From contig CM119269.1 in assembly GCA_051294375.1 (NCBI GenBank), forward strand, positions 5,405,609 through 5,469,608: DNA of 64,000 nucleotides. Direction: 5' to 3'. The stretch is from Paraspadella gotoi. Its lineage: Eukaryota > Animalia > Chaetognatha. The notes beneath the pieces were generated by a model. It saw only the letters and a program-made list of their open reading frames with translations, did no database searches and was not told where the DNA came from. A program made the translations under genes and the position numbers. How positions within the stretch are numbered: position 1 is the first letter of the stretch; every line of letters starts with the position of its first letter. Of the stretch, positions 60,381 to 64,000 are shown piece by piece.

Positions 60381-63300
60381 CTAGATATAAAATTCTTTTT
60401 TCTCGTCTTCGTCCTCCGCCTGGATTGAGCTCGGTCTTCGACCCGTCGAAATTCTCGAGTTCCTTCCAGAGAGGTCTTCCTCGTTGGCGCTCCACTCGGC
60501 CTCCTCTTCCTCCCCCTCATTTCCGTTGACGAAGGGCAGATCATCGATTGGCCCGTCATCGCAGCGATCGCTCTGCATCTGAAGCCAGTGTTGAATTCGC
60601 GCCATGGGATTCTCTTCAATTTCCTGACGTCGATAGAGATGGTAAATATCGGTAAATCCCGGATTGGCCTATTTTTACTTTAGGAGGACCGGGGTTAATG
60701 GGAATTTAGGGTTAGGGGGGGGTTTATAAATATTAAAATTTTTTTAAAAAATTTGTTAAAAATGTTTAAGCCAAAACCCCAGTCGGTGAAGTCAAAATTT
60801 TACCTGAAGATAAAAATATAAGATTTCTCAACTCTAGATTTCTCGACCGGAATGAGAGTCGAAACGCCTTTTTCACCTGCGTATCTCGCGGCGCCTTGTG
60901 TCGGTGCGACCACTCGAACAGCTCGCCCCGTCGACGCATGAGCTTTGGGTCGGCAGAGTGGTGAAGGTGCGCTCGGTCCTCGGGCGACGTGGCATGATCG
61001 TCTTCGGCCTCGTCGACAGCCACGTCCAACGCCATTTGACACTCCTGGCCGAAACGGTGGATGGTGAAAATCACAAAAAAAACTTGTGATCACCTTTTTG
61101 CATTTTAAATTTCACGTCTATCATCTATACCTGTAGCGACATCTCGTGTCGCGATCCGTGACAGTTTCTGTGTCGACTGTAAATAGGATCGCTGTGGTGG
61201 GCAGCGGGAATGGCTTCGTCCCCTTCCACCGCGGCGTCTTCCCCCGGCGTCAGGAGATAGTGGCTGCTCGTCCGGCGGGACAACTCCGGGTTCGAGGCGC
61301 CAGACTCGGCGGCGAGGTGGTTCAAAGTGGAATGCGAGTGAGAAAGACAAACGACGAGGGAATGAGCATCGATAGAAGTTTCCTTGTCGCTTCATTAGGA
61401 AAAAAAAAAGGAATAGAAAGAGAGACGGATGTTTATCGAAATGCCAGATATTCGGACCACTCCGCTACCTGGGAACGGCGTTATCCTTGCGCCACGGCAA
61501 CGTCGTCTCGGTTAGCGTTGGAAGTTCCTCCTGGCCAGAGCTGAAACGACGCCGCCGTTCCTCCACGTCGGCGCCGAAGGGCAACTCGTAGGCGGAACTC
61601 AAGTCCTTGACGATCTTGAAAATAAGTCCAAGAAGGTCGATGGAGCTTTACATTCTGCTTTACATTCTGCTTTTTTGCTCTCATTCTCTCTTACTCACCA
61701 CGTCGGGAATGACGGTGTCCCCGATCTCCTCCCTGGTCTCCGGACTGGCGGGCAGGGGACCAGAGTTGTGGCAGTGGTGATCGGAGGAGGAGTGACTGGC
61801 GCTAGAGTCGTGCGGGGATTCGTCGACGCTGAGAGGCGGCGATCTGTCCCCGGCTTCGTGGCGTCGATGGCGCAAACGGCTTCCATTGTGAGATTTGTGA
61901 TGGTGACGGTGATGGTGAAGGCGCGAGGATCTGAAGGGTAACTCGAATTATGATTTTTTTTAAATATATATTTTATTTTAGATATTTCACTCGCCCTTTA
62001 ACGGCCAACCTGTGCGCCCTCTCTTCAAAGCGATGATTAGTAGCGTCGCCGAATTCGTCGCCGTCGAAGTCTCCAATAGAGAATACGGCACGCGAAGTCG
62101 ACTCCCGCCGATCGTGGAGTTGCCTCAAGTTTCGCACGGACTCTTTATCCTCCATGTCGGCTCTGAAGACGTTCGGTGGGGTTCCAATATTGAAATCGTC
62201 AAAAATGTAACAAAAATATTTTGTGATTAAAGGCGGAATAAAGAAAAAAATAGGGTTCGTTTGTGATCGTTTTGCTTCGGGTTTAAAGGGTTGAGCTTCT
62301 GTGGAAGCACGAAACTAAAATACCCTCATTCAGTACATGACTGTTCATGAAAAGAAATTGCCCTCCTTTGATTGAGGGATTCAATGCAGACGCATGGCAG
62401 TCTTTTGTTGGAAAGCAGACAAATCGAACAAAGCGGACCAAGCGGACAAAACAAAAGCTGAATAGAAGAGATTCAAAATAAAACAGCAACACAGAGAAAC
62501 AAAGCAAATATTCACTAATTAATGATTTTACAGAGAAAAAACTCGCCTTTTATAAACGTGGAACTGACGGGGCGCGAGAGTGTTATCCTCCCATAACTGG
62601 TGAAGGCTGTTATTGCTCATTTCTCCGGCGCCGTATAGATCTGTGACGCGAGGAAACGAAGTCTCACTTTTCTCGGGCGGCGGCGGCGGCGGCGCCTCCA
62701 CCACGATTGGGGGTTTCGACGGCGCGCCAAGACCGACTCCGCCGATGCCGCCTCCGGCCACGATCTCAACGGCATCCTTGAGATGCAGTTTGGTAAATGT
62801 GTCGATGATGGTGGCGTCCTTGACGCGCGGCGGGTCGCGCATCAAGACTGGACGGAAGTATTTGCCGTCGTAGTACTCGAATTTGTCCCTGAGGTAGTGA
62901 TGGCCGTGATTGCCGGCGATGTCCTCGACGCCGGCCATGACGTGATCGACGAGGCGCTCGTTGACGCGTTCCGTCAGCGACGGCTTGCGCTTCTCCCGCT
63001 TCTTCACTTTGAGCAGCTCGACGAGGGGCTTGATGGAAGCGCCCTGGACGAAGCAGGTGAAGAGCACCATAGCGATGGCCGCCGTCACCATCATGTCACG
63101 GGCGGGAATGCGGCGTTTGTCCAGCAGAACGACGAGCGAGTAGGTGACGGCGCCGCGGATCCCGCCATAGCCCATGACGAACTGGGAGACGCGGTCCATC
63201 TTGACGACGCGCCGCCGGTTGGCGAGACGCGTGAGAACGACGACACCGAGGAATCGGAAGACGAGGCAGAAGAGAAGAGTGAAGGCGACGAAGCTCCCGT

Positions 63301-63700
63301 TCCATTCGTGGTTGTCCAGGTCGAGCGTGGAAAGGCCCAACAGGGCGAAAATCACAGTCTCCGAGATGTTGGAAAGCATCTTGAGAAAATACTTGACGGT
63401 CGTGTGGGACTTTTGCGAGATGTTCGCCTCCACGTACTGCTTCATGGTGATGCCGCAGAAGACGATGGCCATGATGCCGGAAAGGTGGAAAAGCTCGGCC
63501 GTGAGGTAGGCGAAGTAAGCCATGGCGAAGATGAAGATGGGCTCCACAATTCGGACTTGAGACGTGTACTTAGTGAGCAGGGCGGTGAGGAGGCCCCAAA
63601 CCACGCCCACCGCCGTCCCACCCAGAGCGACAACGAAAAAAGAGACCACGCCTTTTACGAAGTCCGCTCCTGTGGGGACGCCGCTCATGTTGGAAAATTC
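60381..63700 (-). CDS. Na+/H+ exchanger (SLC9A, plasma-membrane NHE type), 3' part; 5' exons lie outside the window
   Basis: EPIFIF..AYLTAELFHLSGIMA, YVEANISQKSHTTVKYFLKMLS, SETVIF, QFVMGYGGIRGA, DHVMAGVEDIAG; small C-terminal-tail exons run down to the stop at 60381-60383. Confidence 0.92.
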
Positions 63701-64000
63701 CTTATTATGGGTTGGGATAAAGAAAAGGGGAATATGAAATCAAAATTTAGCCAGAAGTCTTGGCTCAGTCAAAACTGCACTTCGATCAAATGTTTGATAA
63801 ATCTGACACACGTAATTGTGAAAAAAAAAAATTTTATCGAAAAAAAAAAACAAAAAAAAAACTGGATTTCATAATGCATCCGGGTGCATAGATCAACTAT
63901 ATCAATATCTGTAATTAATTTAATTCTGTAAAGTAGAGCGTAGTGAAAGTTACTTACGAAAATTCTAAAAGTCAATTATGAACATCATATCATCAGTTAA

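Noticed and set aside
62783-63874. 363-aa plus-strand ORF
   Set aside because: Antisense shadow of the GC3-rich NHE exon.

Overview
Gene-dense, intron-rich genomic DNA from an invertebrate animal (GC-rich exons, AT-rich short introns, (AG)n microsatellites); the species cannot be identified from the sequence. The left half (1.7-35 kb) is one minus-strand CDK12/13 gene that hosts three other protein-coding genes. Its kinase domain is split at DVWSMG|CILGEL by a 10,161-bp intron containing two genes on the SAME strand: an extracellular sulfatase (SULF) and a CerS1-like TLC protein. A second 14.7-kb intron holds an antisense giant/PAR-type bZIP gene. The 9.5-kb first intron of that bZIP gene carries a ~3-kb foldback palindrome, itself interrupted by a GIY-YIG retroelement fragment with a 15-bp target-site duplication. 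The right half has seven tightly packed plus-strand genes (CASK, inversin, SKA3-like, Bles03/DUF1917-UBX fusion, a small PPxY membrane protein, CCNDBP1, SPT5), followed by DZANK1 (with an RFX X-box) and the 3' part of an NHE/SLC9A exchanger on the minus strand. SPT5 intron 2 contains an unexplained GC-rich, multi-hairpin element. All gene models were spliced by eye and protein identities are from recalled family motifs; no searches were run.
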